Below, piece by piece: positions 25,744-34,399 of a stretch of DNA of 38,676 nucleotides (position 1 is the stretch's first letter; each line of letters begins with the position of its first letter). The position numbers and the translations under genes were made by a program. The notes under the pieces are model-generated. The model saw only the letters and a program-made list of their open reading frames with translations, did no database searches and was not told the origin of the DNA. Source of the stretch: an uncultured Candidatus Saccharibacteria bacterium (GTDB lineage: Bacteria > Patescibacteriota > Saccharimonadia > Saccharimonadales > UBA4665); the NCBI GenBank assembly GCA_964487875.1, contig CAZASL010000001.1, forward strand, positions 1 through 38,676, given 5' to 3'.

Positions 25744-26216
25744 TCTTCTTTGTTCTCGTCCGGCTTTAGGACAATGTGCCGGTCGCGGCCTTCGCCATCT
25801 GAATCGCTGCCTAGGCCATACTCAGCGGCTAGTTTGTGTACCACGCGGCGGTCGGCGGCATTCATCGGCTCCAGATCCATCGGTTTGCCGCTATCGCGCA
25901 CCTGCTTGACCCATTCCTCGGCGCGGTCGCGTAGCCGGTCGGCGCGCTGCTTTTTATAATCGGCGATGTCGACATTAACTCTGGTGTGTTCGTGGTTGTT
26001 GTTCTTGAGTGCCGTGCTGGTTAGGTATTGCAGGGAGCGCATGTTTTCGCCGCGTTGGCCGATCAAAAAGCCGTTGAGGTGGGTGCTGGGTACGTTCAGC
26101 TGGATAACCTCGTCGTCGCTGGTGGCGTGAACCTCGGTGTTCAGGCCGAAGAATGATAACAGGTCTTCCAGGTACTTCTTGGCGAAGACAATGGCAGCTT
26201 CCAGGTCATCGCTCAT
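25740..26216 (-). CDS. jag: Jag/KhpB-type RNA-binding protein (KH + R3H), short form
   Basis: 158 aa. R3H segment ADRRVVHKLAAEYGLGSDSDGEGRDRHIVL. 4-nt overlap with yidC upstream, the canonical yidC-jag pairing. Confidence 0.85.
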   Translation of the reverse strand: MSDDLEAAIVFAKKYLEDLLSFFGLNTEVHATSDDEVIQLNVPSTHLNGFLIGQRGENMRSLQYLTSTALKNNNHEHTRVNVDIADYKKQRADRLRDRAEEWVKQVRDSGKPMDLEPMNAADRRVVHKLAAEYGLGSDSDGEGRDRHIVLKPDENKED

Positions 26217-27151
26217 TTTTTGCTCCGTCGTCGTTTGGCTTTCTTGGATTTTGATTTAGTAGTTTTGCTGGTCTTGGTTTCTACGATCTCGGCTTCGGGT
26301 ATGGCTTTGACGTTTTTGCTGGGCTTATCGGCAATTTCTTCCATTTCTTCTTCGTCCTGGCGCAGGATGTAGGCTTGCTGGATGTAGGCCACGATGCCGC
26401 CGGTCAGCCAGTAGAGGCTAAGCGCCGACGGGATGTTGACCGTGAACAGGAAGATCATGCCGGGCAGCAGGAAGCGCGTACTGCGGCCAACTGCGGCGTT
26501 AACCTCCGACTGGTCGGCTTGCTTGCCGGAACTTGCGGACTTGAGGATGTCGCGCAGGCCGCGTGAGTCTTCAGTGGTCGGCATCAGCTGCTTGGCCTGG
26601 AAATATTGGGCCACGGCGCTACCGAGGACGATGACCATGGCCGGCCAGTAGACGCCACCACCGGGGTTTAGAGCCGCCCGGCTAAGGTTAACGAAGCCGA
26701 ACAGCGTGTCATCAAACAGATGGATGTTGTGCGCCAGCTGCTGCATCCAGGCCATGTGTTGCAGAGCCGGGTAAGCAAAGCTGACCAACTGGTGCGGGTC
26801 GCTGATGACTTTCCTTAGGCCGCTGTACAGGCCGATCAGGATAATGAATTGGATTATCAGGATCGGGAAAGTGCCGATGGGGTTAATGCCGCGCTCTTTG
26901 TAGAGCTCCATGAGCATTTGCGACTCTTTTGTACGGTCGCCTTTGGTGGCTTGCTTGATCTTCTTAATTTCCGGTTGCAGGGAGCGCATGGCTCTGGCTT
27001 GGTGCAGCTGCTTTTTCACCAGCGGCCACAGTAGCAGACGGATAATAATGGTGAAGATGATCAGCGCCATGCCGAAGTTGTGGCCCGGCAACAGCGCGTA
27101 GACCAGCACTAACAGGTTAAAAATAGGTTGCACGATCAAGGTCGTAAACAT
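26213..27151 (-). CDS. yidC: Membrane protein insertase YidC (short, monoderm type) with polybasic C-terminal tail
   Basis: 312 aa. IIFTIIIRLLLWPL, QPEIKKIK, LYKERGINP. The tail is KTSKTTKSKSKKAKRRRSKK. Confidence 0.93.
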   Translation of the reverse strand: MFTTLIVQPIFNLLVLVYALLPGHNFGMALIIFTIIIRLLLWPLVKKQLHQARAMRSLQPEIKKIKQATKGDRTKESQMLMELYKERGINPIGTFPILIIQFIILIGLYSGLRKVISDPHQLVSFAYPALQHMAWMQQLAHNIHLFDDTLFGFVNLSRAALNPGGGVYWPAMVIVLGSAVAQYFQAKQLMPTTEDSRGLRDILKSASSGKQADQSEVNAAVGRSTRFLLPGMIFLFTVNIPSALSLYWLTGGIVAYIQQAYILRQDEEEMEEIADKPSKNVKAIPEAEIVETKTSKTTKSKSKKAKRRRSKK

Positions 27152-27232
27152 AGCTTTGGACTGTCCCCGGTTAATTACTGTTATCTATCATAACGTGATA
27201 GCGCCTGGTACGCTAGTGAGCCGCGACTACCG

Positions 27233-27571
27233 TTAGCTGGCTTTGGCCAGCAGCGCTTCTACCATCGTCCGCAGCTTGGCGGCGTCCATATCGGCCGTTT
27301 GCTCGCTGAAAACCGTTAATACCAGGTCTTTATGGTCTGTTAACCGGTCGTCGGCCTGGCGGATTACTTCGTAGATTCGCCGGCGGATACGGTTGCGGGT
27401 AACAGCGGATTTGTGGACTTTTTTGCTAACCACCACGGCGGCCCGGTAACCTGGTTTCTGGCCGCGGCTAGTATATTTCAGGCTCATCAATTGCCCGCGC
27501 ACCGTCCGGCCGTCTTTATAAACCCTTTTCAGGCTGCCGTAGCCATGGAAACGATGCCGGACCGGGATCAT
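27233..27571 (-). CDS. rnpA: Ribonuclease P protein component
   Basis: 112 aa. VVVSKKVHKSAVTRNRIRRRIYE (RNR motif). Located between rpmH and yidC. Confidence 0.92.
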   Translation of the reverse strand: MIPVRHRFHGYGSLKRVYKDGRTVRGQLMSLKYTSRGQKPGYRAAVVVSKKVHKSAVTRNRIRRRIYEVIRQADDRLTDHKDLVLTVFSEQTADMDAAKLRTMVEALLAKAS

Positions 27572-27579
27572 AGTTTATC

Positions 27580-27717
27580 CTATGCGGAGATTTTGGCGCG
27601 GCCCTTGATGCGGCGGCGTTTTAGCACGTTGCGGCCAGCCTTGCTGCTCATCCGCTTAAAGAAACCGTGTTCGCGGGCTCGCGAACGTTTTTTTGGCTGG
27701 TAGGTACGTTTTGGCAC
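27580..27717 (-). CDS. rpmH: 50S ribosomal protein L34 (not in the ORF track, <60 aa)
   Basis: Hand translation of the minus strand: (GTG)[44 protein letters not shown], 45 aa. AAGGAG (27728-27723) sits 5 nt upstream of the GTG at 27717. Confidence 0.93.
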   Translation of the reverse strand: MPKRTYQPKKRSRAREHGFFKRMSSKAGRNVLKRRRIKGRAKISA

Positions 27718-27964
27718 AAAAACTCCTTAATTTGCTGTAGATATCTGGCTCATTCTATATCTTTGGCGTGCTTTTGACAATATTTTCCCGCCGTTTCCAG
27801 GTCTTTTTCCACCAAGTTAAGATATGTTTCCACAGTTTTACAGGGGGAATTTGTGGTTGTGTATAAAGATACCTCGGTTAGTCAAATTTTTGGTTGCCTG
27901 CCGCCAATAAAAAAGTTAGGTGTGGAAAACTAACGGCTGGTCAGGTATATTAGGTAGCACGCAT
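27718..27964. other. rpmH-dnaA spacer with DnaA-box-like motifs (candidate upstream half of oriC / dnaA autoregulatory region)
   Basis: TGTGGAAAA (27921-27929; reverse complement TTTTCCACA fits TTWTNCACA). GTTTCCACA (27826-27834), TTTTCCACC (27805-27813), further TTTCC(A/C) copies at 27783-27799. Confidence 0.5.
27752..27780 (-). promoter_or_regulatory. Possible rpmH-rnpA-yidC-jag promoter
   Basis: Minus strand: TTGTCA (27780-27775), 17-nt spacer, TAGAAT (27757-27752), about 28 nt upstream of the rpmH GTG. Confidence 0.45.
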
Positions 27965-29371
27965 ATGGGGACTTCAACACAACAAGACAATTTGTGGCAA
28001 GCTGTACTAGGTGAAATAGAACTATCACTTTCCAGGGGTAATTACGTCACTTGGTTCAAAAATACCTGCTTACTCAAACAAGCTGACGACACGGCTGTGG
28101 TTGGTGTGCCTAATATTTTTATCAAACAGCAGCTGGAGCTTAAATACGGCGACCTGGTCGCCAAGACCCTGCAAAAAAATGGCATAACCGTCCGGCAGGT
28201 GAAGTTCAAGATCTCGCCGCAGGCCAGCTCGCCGCGCGCTACCGACGACGTCGTAGTAATGCACCCCTCATCAACCACTCAACCCCTGGTCAGCGACTCC
28301 AAACAGCCGCCTCAGCTAACCAAGCAAACCGGCAATAGCCTGTCCCACTCTTACCGGCAAGGTTTGAACGAACGCTACACTTTCGACAATTTTGTGGTCG
28401 GCGGCAGTAACGAACTGGCTTTTGCCGCTTGCCAGGCCGTGGTTCAGCAGCCCGGCACCAAATACAACCCGCTCTATATATATGGCGGTGTCGGCATCGG
28501 CAAAACCCACCTGCTGCAGGCCGCCGGCAACACTTTGGCGGCCCGCGACCCCAAGGCCAAGGTTCTTTATATCTCGACTGAGCAGTTCGTGCAGGAATTC
28601 GTGGATGCACTACGGCTGCGCAAAACGGCGGAGTTCGCCAGTTATTACCGGACAGCCGACGTGTTGGTGGTCGACGACGTGCAGTTCATCGCCGGCAAAG
28701 ATAAGATGCAGGAAGAGTTCTTCCATACCTTCAATGCCCTGCACCAAGCCAATAAACAGATTATTATGAGTTCCGACCGGCCGCCGCGGGACATCCCTAC
28801 CCTGGAAGATCGTCTGCGGTCGCGGTTCGCTGGTGGTATGAGCATTGATATGCAGGCCCCGGATTTTGAGACCCGTTGCGCCATTATTCAAACCAAGGCG
28901 CAGGACCATGAAGTGGTCCTGGAACAAGCTATTGTGGAGTACCTGGCGAATAATTTCCAAACTAACATTCGGGAATTAGAGGGTGCGCTTAACCAGTTGC
29001 TGGCTTTTTGTGAGATGCGCGGCTTGGATCCTACCATAGCGGTTACTTCCAGCTTATTAAGTGGCAACAAAATTCGGCCTAAACATCTTAGTGCCAAGCA
29101 AATTATAGAACGCACTGCCAAGCATTTCCAGATACCACTCGACGACATCGTCGGGCCCAAGCGTGATAAAGACATCGTGGTGCCACGCCAAATTGCCATG
29201 TACATCCTCAGAAATGAATTAAATTTAAGTTTTCCTAAAATTGCTAAAGAATTGGGCCGTAAAGATCATACTACCGCTATTCACTCTGTCGATAAGATAG
29301 AGAAAGAGTCGAAGATCGATCCTAGTATGAGAATGGCGATTGCTGATATTAAGGAGCATTTGTATGCGTAA
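27965..29371 (+). CDS. dnaA: Chromosomal replication initiator DnaA
   Basis: ATG at 27965 (MGTSTQQDNLWQAVLGEIE) is preferred to the upstream start at 27920. Walker A GGVGIGKTHLLQA, VDDVQFI, domain IV DHTTAIHSV. Confidence 0.95.
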   Translation: MGTSTQQDNLWQAVLGEIELSLSRGNYVTWFKNTCLLKQADDTAVVGVPNIFIKQQLELKYGDLVAKTLQKNGITVRQVKFKISPQASSPRATDDVVVMHPSSTTQPLVSDSKQPPQLTKQTGNSLSHSYRQGLNERYTFDNFVVGGSNELAFAACQAVVQQPGTKYNPLYIYGGVGIGKTHLLQAAGNTLAARDPKAKVLYISTEQFVQEFVDALRLRKTAEFASYYRTADVLVVDDVQFIAGKDKMQEEFFHTFNALHQANKQIIMSSDRPPRDIPTLEDRLRSRFAGGMSIDMQAPDFETRCAIIQTKAQDHEVVLEQAIVEYLANNFQTNIRELEGALNQLLAFCEMRGLDPTIAVTSSLLSGNKIRPKHLSAKQIIERTAKHFQIPLDDIVGPKRDKDIVVPRQIAMYILRNELNLSFPKIAKELGRKDHTTAIHSVDKIEKESKIDPSMRMAIADIKEHLYA

Positions 29372-29635
29372 TGGTTGTGTAAGACTTGTGGATCTAGTGA
29401 GTGTAAGTAGTGTGAAAGCCAGGTATTTATACACGGTTTTATTAAACAAATTTAAGGTTGTTGAAAAACTACCTAGTTTTACCACTCCTTCTGCACGTTT
29501 TTTCCTTAGCTTTTTCCACTGTGAATTACCTGTTTTCCAACCTGTTAAGATCGGGGTTTTACCCACTATCAACATAGTCTATAAAAACAATAATGATATT
29601 AAATTAAACTTTATTAATAATTGGAGGATATCAGA
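29372..29635. other. Long dnaA-dnaN spacer: degenerate DnaA boxes + AT-rich candidate DNA-unwinding element
   Basis: 264 bp. TGTGGATCT (29387-29395), TTTTCCACT/TGTGAATTA facing pair (29512-29528), TTTTCCAAC (29533-29541). 29581-29622 has only 3 G/C in 42 nt (hand count). Confidence 0.5.
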
Positions 29636-30727
29636 ATGAAGCTGCAAGTCACTCAAGAAAACCTTAACCGGGCATTAAATTCTGTTTCAAGGGTGGCAAA
29701 CAGTCGAGGTACACTACCAATTTTGGCAAACGTACTGGTTAAAACTACCAATAACCGGCTGAGTTTAGCGGCCACTAACCTGGATATAGCGATCACACAT
29801 TACATCGGTGCCAAAGTGAGCGAAGAAGGTTCGATCACGGTGCCGGCCAGGTTAATGCAGGATTTTGTCAGCAGCCTACCCGAAGGGGTTATCGAGCTTG
29901 ATCTGAAAGATTCCAAACTGCACGTCACCACCGACAAATACCAATCGGTAGTTAACGGCATTGTCGCTGATGACTTCCCGGTTATGCCGGCTATCGCTGA
30001 TGGCAAACAGTGGACGGTCTATGGTACGGCCCTCAAAAAAGGCTTGCAACAGGTGGTTTTTGCGGCCTCCAACGACGAAACGCGCCCCATTTTAACTGGT
30101 GTGTTGCTGCAAACAATCAATGGGAAATTACACTTGGCAGCCACCGATAGCTACCGCTTGGCCGAAAAGCAATTGGCTGGCAACAAAGAAGATGTCCAGA
30201 TCTTGGTGCCAGCGTCGGCCATGCAGGACCTGCTGCGGATACTTGGCGAAAGCGAAGACAAGGTACAAGTTACCCACGACGAACAACAAGTTTTGTTCCA
30301 GGTAGGTGATGTGGAACTGGTGACCCGCTTGGTTGATGGTAAATACCCCGACTACAAAAAACTGATTCCTGAAAAGTTTGCCACCGAAGCCCGCTTGAAG
30401 CGCGAAGACCTGATGAATGTTACTAAGGTTTCCAGCCTGTTTGCCCGCGAGAGCGCCGGCAGTGTGACCATAGAGGTCGATAGCAAGGCCGGCCAGCTGA
30501 GCATCCGTTCGGTGGCCTCCCAGCTGGGCGAAAATACCGCCACGGCCGATGCCAAAGTAACCGGCAGCGGCAACATCACGCTCAACTCGCGCTATCTGTT
30601 AGATGCCCTCAACGCGCTGAGCGGCGAAGAGGTGGTGTTTGGTTTCAACGGCAAACTTGAACCGACTTTGTTGAGCGACCCGGCTGCCGATGACTACAAA
30701 CACGTCATCATGCCACTGAAAAGCTGA
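29636..30727 (+). CDS. dnaN: DNA polymerase III beta sliding clamp
   Basis: ATG at 29636, 8 nt after GGAGG (29623-29627). MKLQVTQENLNRAL..., TDSYRLA, LVDGKYPDY. Confidence 0.95.
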   Translation: MKLQVTQENLNRALNSVSRVANSRGTLPILANVLVKTTNNRLSLAATNLDIAITHYIGAKVSEEGSITVPARLMQDFVSSLPEGVIELDLKDSKLHVTTDKYQSVVNGIVADDFPVMPAIADGKQWTVYGTALKKGLQQVVFAASNDETRPILTGVLLQTINGKLHLAATDSYRLAEKQLAGNKEDVQILVPASAMQDLLRILGESEDKVQVTHDEQQVLFQVGDVELVTRLVDGKYPDYKKLIPEKFATEARLKREDLMNVTKVSSLFARESAGSVTIEVDSKAGQLSIRSVASQLGENTATADAKVTGSGNITLNSRYLLDALNALSGEEVVFGFNGKLEPTLLSDPAADDYKHVIMPLKS

Positions 30728-30744
30728 GCCTATACAATAGAGAC

Positions 30745-31794
30745 ATGATTACCGACCTGCGCCTGCAGCATTTTAGGTCGTACCGCGACAGTTCGTTTGA
30801 GTTGTCGCCGGGGGTTAACATCGTGGTTGGACCCAACGCCAGCGGTAAAACCAATCTATTGGAAGCCTTGCTGGTGCTGGCTCGTGGTTCATCATATCGG
30901 GCTAAAGACGCCGAGCTGGTGCGGTTTGGCCGCCCCTGGTCACGCCTGGACATCAACTTGGATGACGGCAGCCAACGGACCGTTAAAATCGCCCTGGAAC
31001 CCAGCCAGACTAAAACTTATGAACTCAACAAAAAGGTTTTTAAGCGCCTCAGCCTGCCACACAGCTTGCCGGTTGTATTGTTTGAGCCGGAAGACCTGCG
31101 CCTGCTGTCCGGTAGCCCGGAACGTCGCCGCGACTACCTGGATGACCTACTGGAGCAAACCACGCCCGGCTATGGCGCTGTGCGCCGCCAGTACCGCCGG
31201 GCCCTGGCCCAGCGCAATGCCCTGCTGAAACAAGGCGGCTCGCCGGACCAGGTGTTTGCCTGGGATGTTCGGCTGAGTGAGCTGGCCGGCCAGATAGTGC
31301 AGGCCCGCACTGGGTTGGTGGAGCGGCTGAATAAAGACATCGGCAAGCTGTATCGTAAGCTGTCCGGCACCAAAATGAAGGTTACTTTGGAGTATCAAAG
31401 CCGGTGGCCGGCCGCTGGCTACGAAACCAAGCTGTTGAAGGAGCTGGAAAGTTCGCTACAGCTGGACCGGGCCCGTGGCTTCACCAGCGCCGGGCCGCAC
31501 CGCGAAGATCTGTTGGTGTTGTTTGGTGAGCACGCGGCGCAGGAAACAGCCTCGCGCGGCGAAGTCCGCACCGCCGTGCTGGCCCTGAAGATTATTGAGC
31601 TGAAAATAATCGAGGAGCTGCGGGAAATGGCTCCCCTGCTACTACTGGACGACGTCTTCAGCGAGCTGGACGGCAAGCGCCGCCATGCCCTGACCGACTA
31701 CCTGGCGCCCTACCAGACCTTCATCACCACCACTGACGCCGACGCCGTCATCGGCCACTTCACCGAAACCGCCAACATTATTCCCCTAGGTTAA
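30745..31794 (+). CDS. recF: DNA replication/repair protein RecF
   Basis: 349 aa. FRSY, Walker A GPNASGKTNLLEA, LLLDDVFSELD. Confidence 0.93.
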   Translation: MITDLRLQHFRSYRDSSFELSPGVNIVVGPNASGKTNLLEALLVLARGSSYRAKDAELVRFGRPWSRLDINLDDGSQRTVKIALEPSQTKTYELNKKVFKRLSLPHSLPVVLFEPEDLRLLSGSPERRRDYLDDLLEQTTPGYGAVRRQYRRALAQRNALLKQGGSPDQVFAWDVRLSELAGQIVQARTGLVERLNKDIGKLYRKLSGTKMKVTLEYQSRWPAAGYETKLLKELESSLQLDRARGFTSAGPHREDLLVLFGEHAAQETASRGEVRTAVLALKIIELKIIEELREMAPLLLLDDVFSELDGKRRHALTDYLAPYQTFITTTDADAVIGHFTETANIIPLG

Positions 31795-31799
31795 GGTGG

Positions 31800-32582
31800 C
31801 TATTCACCACTTGGTGCAACTGTATTAGAATCAAACACCTGGGCCCCGCTGGAGTCAGTCAAATAAAGGCGAGAGTAGTCAGTTAAGCCCGAATACTCTA
31901 GCCTGGCTTGGTACGTTTTGCCGTTCAATTGCGCAGTGAAGTTAACTGTGTTTGAGGTGCTAGAGCTGTTACGATTGTGCGGGACGGGAGCCACATTAGT
32001 GATAGAAATAGTATTGGCTTGGGGTGCGAAGTCGAAAAAGAACTGCTGGAGATTATTAACTTGAGTAGCAGACACACCAATATTCAGAATTGAACTTAAG
32101 CCGGTAAAAACAATGCTATTTTTTGATCGGGGCCGCTGCGACTGGGTTTTTAACAATGCTTGCTTTTGGTCTTCCGGTAGGTTTTTTGAAAGGATTTTTT
32201 TAGGTGTGAAGACAAACACCCTACCAACTAATTTCTCACCGTTATTATCAGATATGCTATTCACCTTAACGTAATATTGATAGCTAGCGGTCATCGGTGT
32301 TTTCAGATTGACCACCAGCGTCTTCCCTTGCACCTCGTAGGACTTAACAACGGAATAGCTAGATGTAACTGACAAACCTTTGCTAGAAAGCTGTCGATTA
32401 TAGTTGATTTTCAAAAAAGGCGAGATGGTCGCAACGTTTTTCGTGCTCGGGTTTGTACTAACTACGCGAAAATGCCTGGACAAATAAAACTGGTAGCCCA
32501 AAAATACCAATAAAGCGACACCGGCGACAATGAGTACTAGTCGAATCCCGGTCCTATATTTATCGTAAAACCCTAAGTCCAT
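31800..32582 (-). CDS. Bitopic membrane protein with Ig-like (Big_5/SbsA-like) ectodomain
   Basis: 260 aa. N-terminal TM (IRLVLIVAGVALLVFLGY), then VVSTNPS...ATISPFLKINYN...GKTLVVNLKTPM...YYVKVNSISDNNGEKL, the pattern of SbsA-type Ig-like domains. AGGA SD. Last gene of the VirB4 operon. Confidence 0.6.
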   Translation of the reverse strand: MDLGFYDKYRTGIRLVLIVAGVALLVFLGYQFYLSRHFRVVSTNPSTKNVATISPFLKINYNRQLSSKGLSVTSSYSVVKSYEVQGKTLVVNLKTPMTASYQYYVKVNSISDNNGEKLVGRVFVFTPKKILSKNLPEDQKQALLKTQSQRPRSKNSIVFTGLSSILNIGVSATQVNNLQQFFFDFAPQANTISITNVAPVPHNRNSSSTSNTVNFTAQLNGKTYQARLEYSGLTDYSRLYLTDSSGAQVFDSNTVAPSGE

Positions 32583-32590
32583 AGCTATTC

Positions 32591-34399
32591 CTAATCCGGT
32601 GAAACGTAACCGGTTATCCCACCATCATAATACCCGTTTCCGGTCTCGGTGGATACAATGGAGCCGCCTGGGTATGGGCCGTCACCCTGGTCGCCGCCAA
32701 TGTATGTTGCTGTATTGCCGGACGAAGACACAAATATATTAACGTGGCTAGACCCATGTATCGCTAAATCGCCGGGCTTCGGAGTATAACCGCTACTGGC
32801 GGGGTGCCAGTGGAAGTTTTTGTTTTGTTCACCGATCGACTGCATATCAGGGACATATGCCACGTTCCAGTCAGAGCTGTCTAGGGGATAATTTGCTTGA
32901 TTGTAAACCCAACTGGCAAAATCAGCACACCATTCCTCGGTTCGATTCTGGCTATATTTAAGGTACCCATCCTGCGCGAAACTCGGATGCGGGTAGCCCG
33001 GTTTTGACTGCCACAGCTTTAATTCCGCTTGGGCGGTGCAGACGATGCTCTGCCGTGTGGGGCTTAGCCCCGTTGTAGCTGCGTCAGTACCGTTGCAATT
33101 AACAACGCCGCCACATGGAGAATTAACGCCGCCACCGGCGGCAGAGGAGCCATAGTCCTGCAAGATACTATTGGCATAATCTATACGGTTTTGGAGCTGA
33201 GGATCACCCGGACGCTCGAACTCGTTGCTAAAAATAGTAGCTGCGTCGGCCGCGGTATTGGCATTCTTGATATGTGCGAGTACAGAACTGTCATCTTCTC
33301 CCGCACCTGGGCCGCCCGTTAATTCAAGCCAAACGTAATCAAGCTGCACGCCCAGATCGGTTACCGGCTTATTTTCTTTTTGGGCAAATGCCTCCAGAGC
33401 TGTTAACCGACCACCACCCCACTGCGCCAAGTAGCCACCGGGCGAACTGGGGTCCCAGCCTGATTCCTGACCAAAGTTTCCGTCTATGCCAGCTGATTGT
33501 GCCGGGGTCAAACCTTTACTTACAAAGTAATTGAAGATCTTCTGTTTGTTATCATTACCGACCAAAGCAGTCTCTGTGGGTGAACCACCACTGGTGCATG
33601 AACAGCTTGCGGGTGGTTGGCTGGCCGCAGGAGGCGGCGTAGCAGATGCCGAGCCAGCGTCTTTGACCATCTCATCAATCGATGGTTTCAAGCTGGCTGC
33701 GTATTGCGCGGCTTGAGAGGGCGTGTCGTATGCGCCGGAAAAGGTCTCTAATTTGCCGTCATTAAGTGACTCTCCATACTGGTTCCGTAAATATGAAAAT
33801 ATATCACCGCCACCGGCGGCATTCAGGTTTTCCGGTGCGGTGTAGTCGACACTAGCCTTCACCGACGTCCACTTGTACCACAAGCTGGGCTGGCTCGAAA
33901 CCACAGGCGATATATATATATGAGGTTGGTTCGATAAAGCTGCTCTGTCAAAAATATTATTGGCGTCGGTAACCTGGCGGGTTGTAGCTGTTCCGAGTGA
34001 AGTCTCATTTTGAGCGATTGCCACAACCAGAAAAGGATTGATATTGGAGTTTTTTGCGCTTGCCACCATTGTTGCGCCCAGACCGTTGAGCGGGCTCTTA
34101 GGCTGCTCTTTCTTCACAAATGTATCTATTGCGTTAGCCATGACCGTTGGGCTAAGGTTGGGGAAAGTAGTCCCATCTGGGGAGCCCGACCCCGCAACCA
34201 ACTTACCTATACCAGCACTGGGATCACTATCACAGGATCCTGCTACCCAATTGGGCCAGTAGTTGAGCGCTTTGATCTCGCTCGGCTGCAAGGGATCAGC
34301 AAAAACTGGTCTAAGCTGGGCAAAAGCTATAAAAAACGCCAGCAGGACAAAAGTAATGATTAAGAGTTTCCTGGCAAGGAATATGTGTAGGTTTTTCAT
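32591..34399 (-). CDS. Secreted three-domain peptidoglycan hydrolase (GH73-like glucosaminidase + phage-tail-lysozyme-like + CHAP)
   Basis: 602 aa with a signal peptide. INPFLVVAIAQNETSLGT (GH73-like E-S/T). SAGIDGNFGQESGWDP (tail-lysozyme-type). EEWCADFASWVY ... GDLAIHGSSHVNIFV (CHAP Cys/His). ATGA overlap with the upstream gene, AAGAGGAA SD. Confidence 0.75.
   Translation of the reverse strand: MKNLHIFLARKLLIITFVLLAFFIAFAQLRPVFADPLQPSEIKALNYWPNWVAGSCDSDPSAGIGKLVAGSGSPDGTTFPNLSPTVMANAIDTFVKKEQPKSPLNGLGATMVASAKNSNINPFLVVAIAQNETSLGTATTRQVTDANNIFDRAALSNQPHIYISPVVSSQPSLWYKWTSVKASVDYTAPENLNAAGGGDIFSYLRNQYGESLNDGKLETFSGAYDTPSQAAQYAASLKPSIDEMVKDAGSASATPPPAASQPPASCSCTSGGSPTETALVGNDNKQKIFNYFVSKGLTPAQSAGIDGNFGQESGWDPSSPGGYLAQWGGGRLTALEAFAQKENKPVTDLGVQLDYVWLELTGGPGAGEDDSSVLAHIKNANTAADAATIFSNEFERPGDPQLQNRIDYANSILQDYGSSAAGGGVNSPCGGVVNCNGTDAATTGLSPTRQSIVCTAQAELKLWQSKPGYPHPSFAQDGYLKYSQNRTEEWCADFASWVYNQANYPLDSSDWNVAYVPDMQSIGEQNKNFHWHPASSGYTPKPGDLAIHGSSHVNIFVSSSGNTATYIGGDQGDGPYPGGSIVSTETGNGYYDGGITGYVSPD

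Noticed and set aside
27152-27232. Expected yidD between rnpA and yidC; small hairpin CTATCA-TAACG-TGATAG (27185-27201)
   Set aside because: The gap is only 81 bp with no ORF. The 6-bp stem is too weak and lacks a U-run, so it cannot be called a terminator or attenuator.
29340-29639. 99-aa plus-strand ORF filling the dnaA-dnaN spacer
   Set aside because: It starts inside the dnaA 3' end, has no SD, and is Leu/Phe/Val-rich as expected from translating T-rich DnaA-box-like DNA. The spacer is better explained as origin or regulatory DNA.
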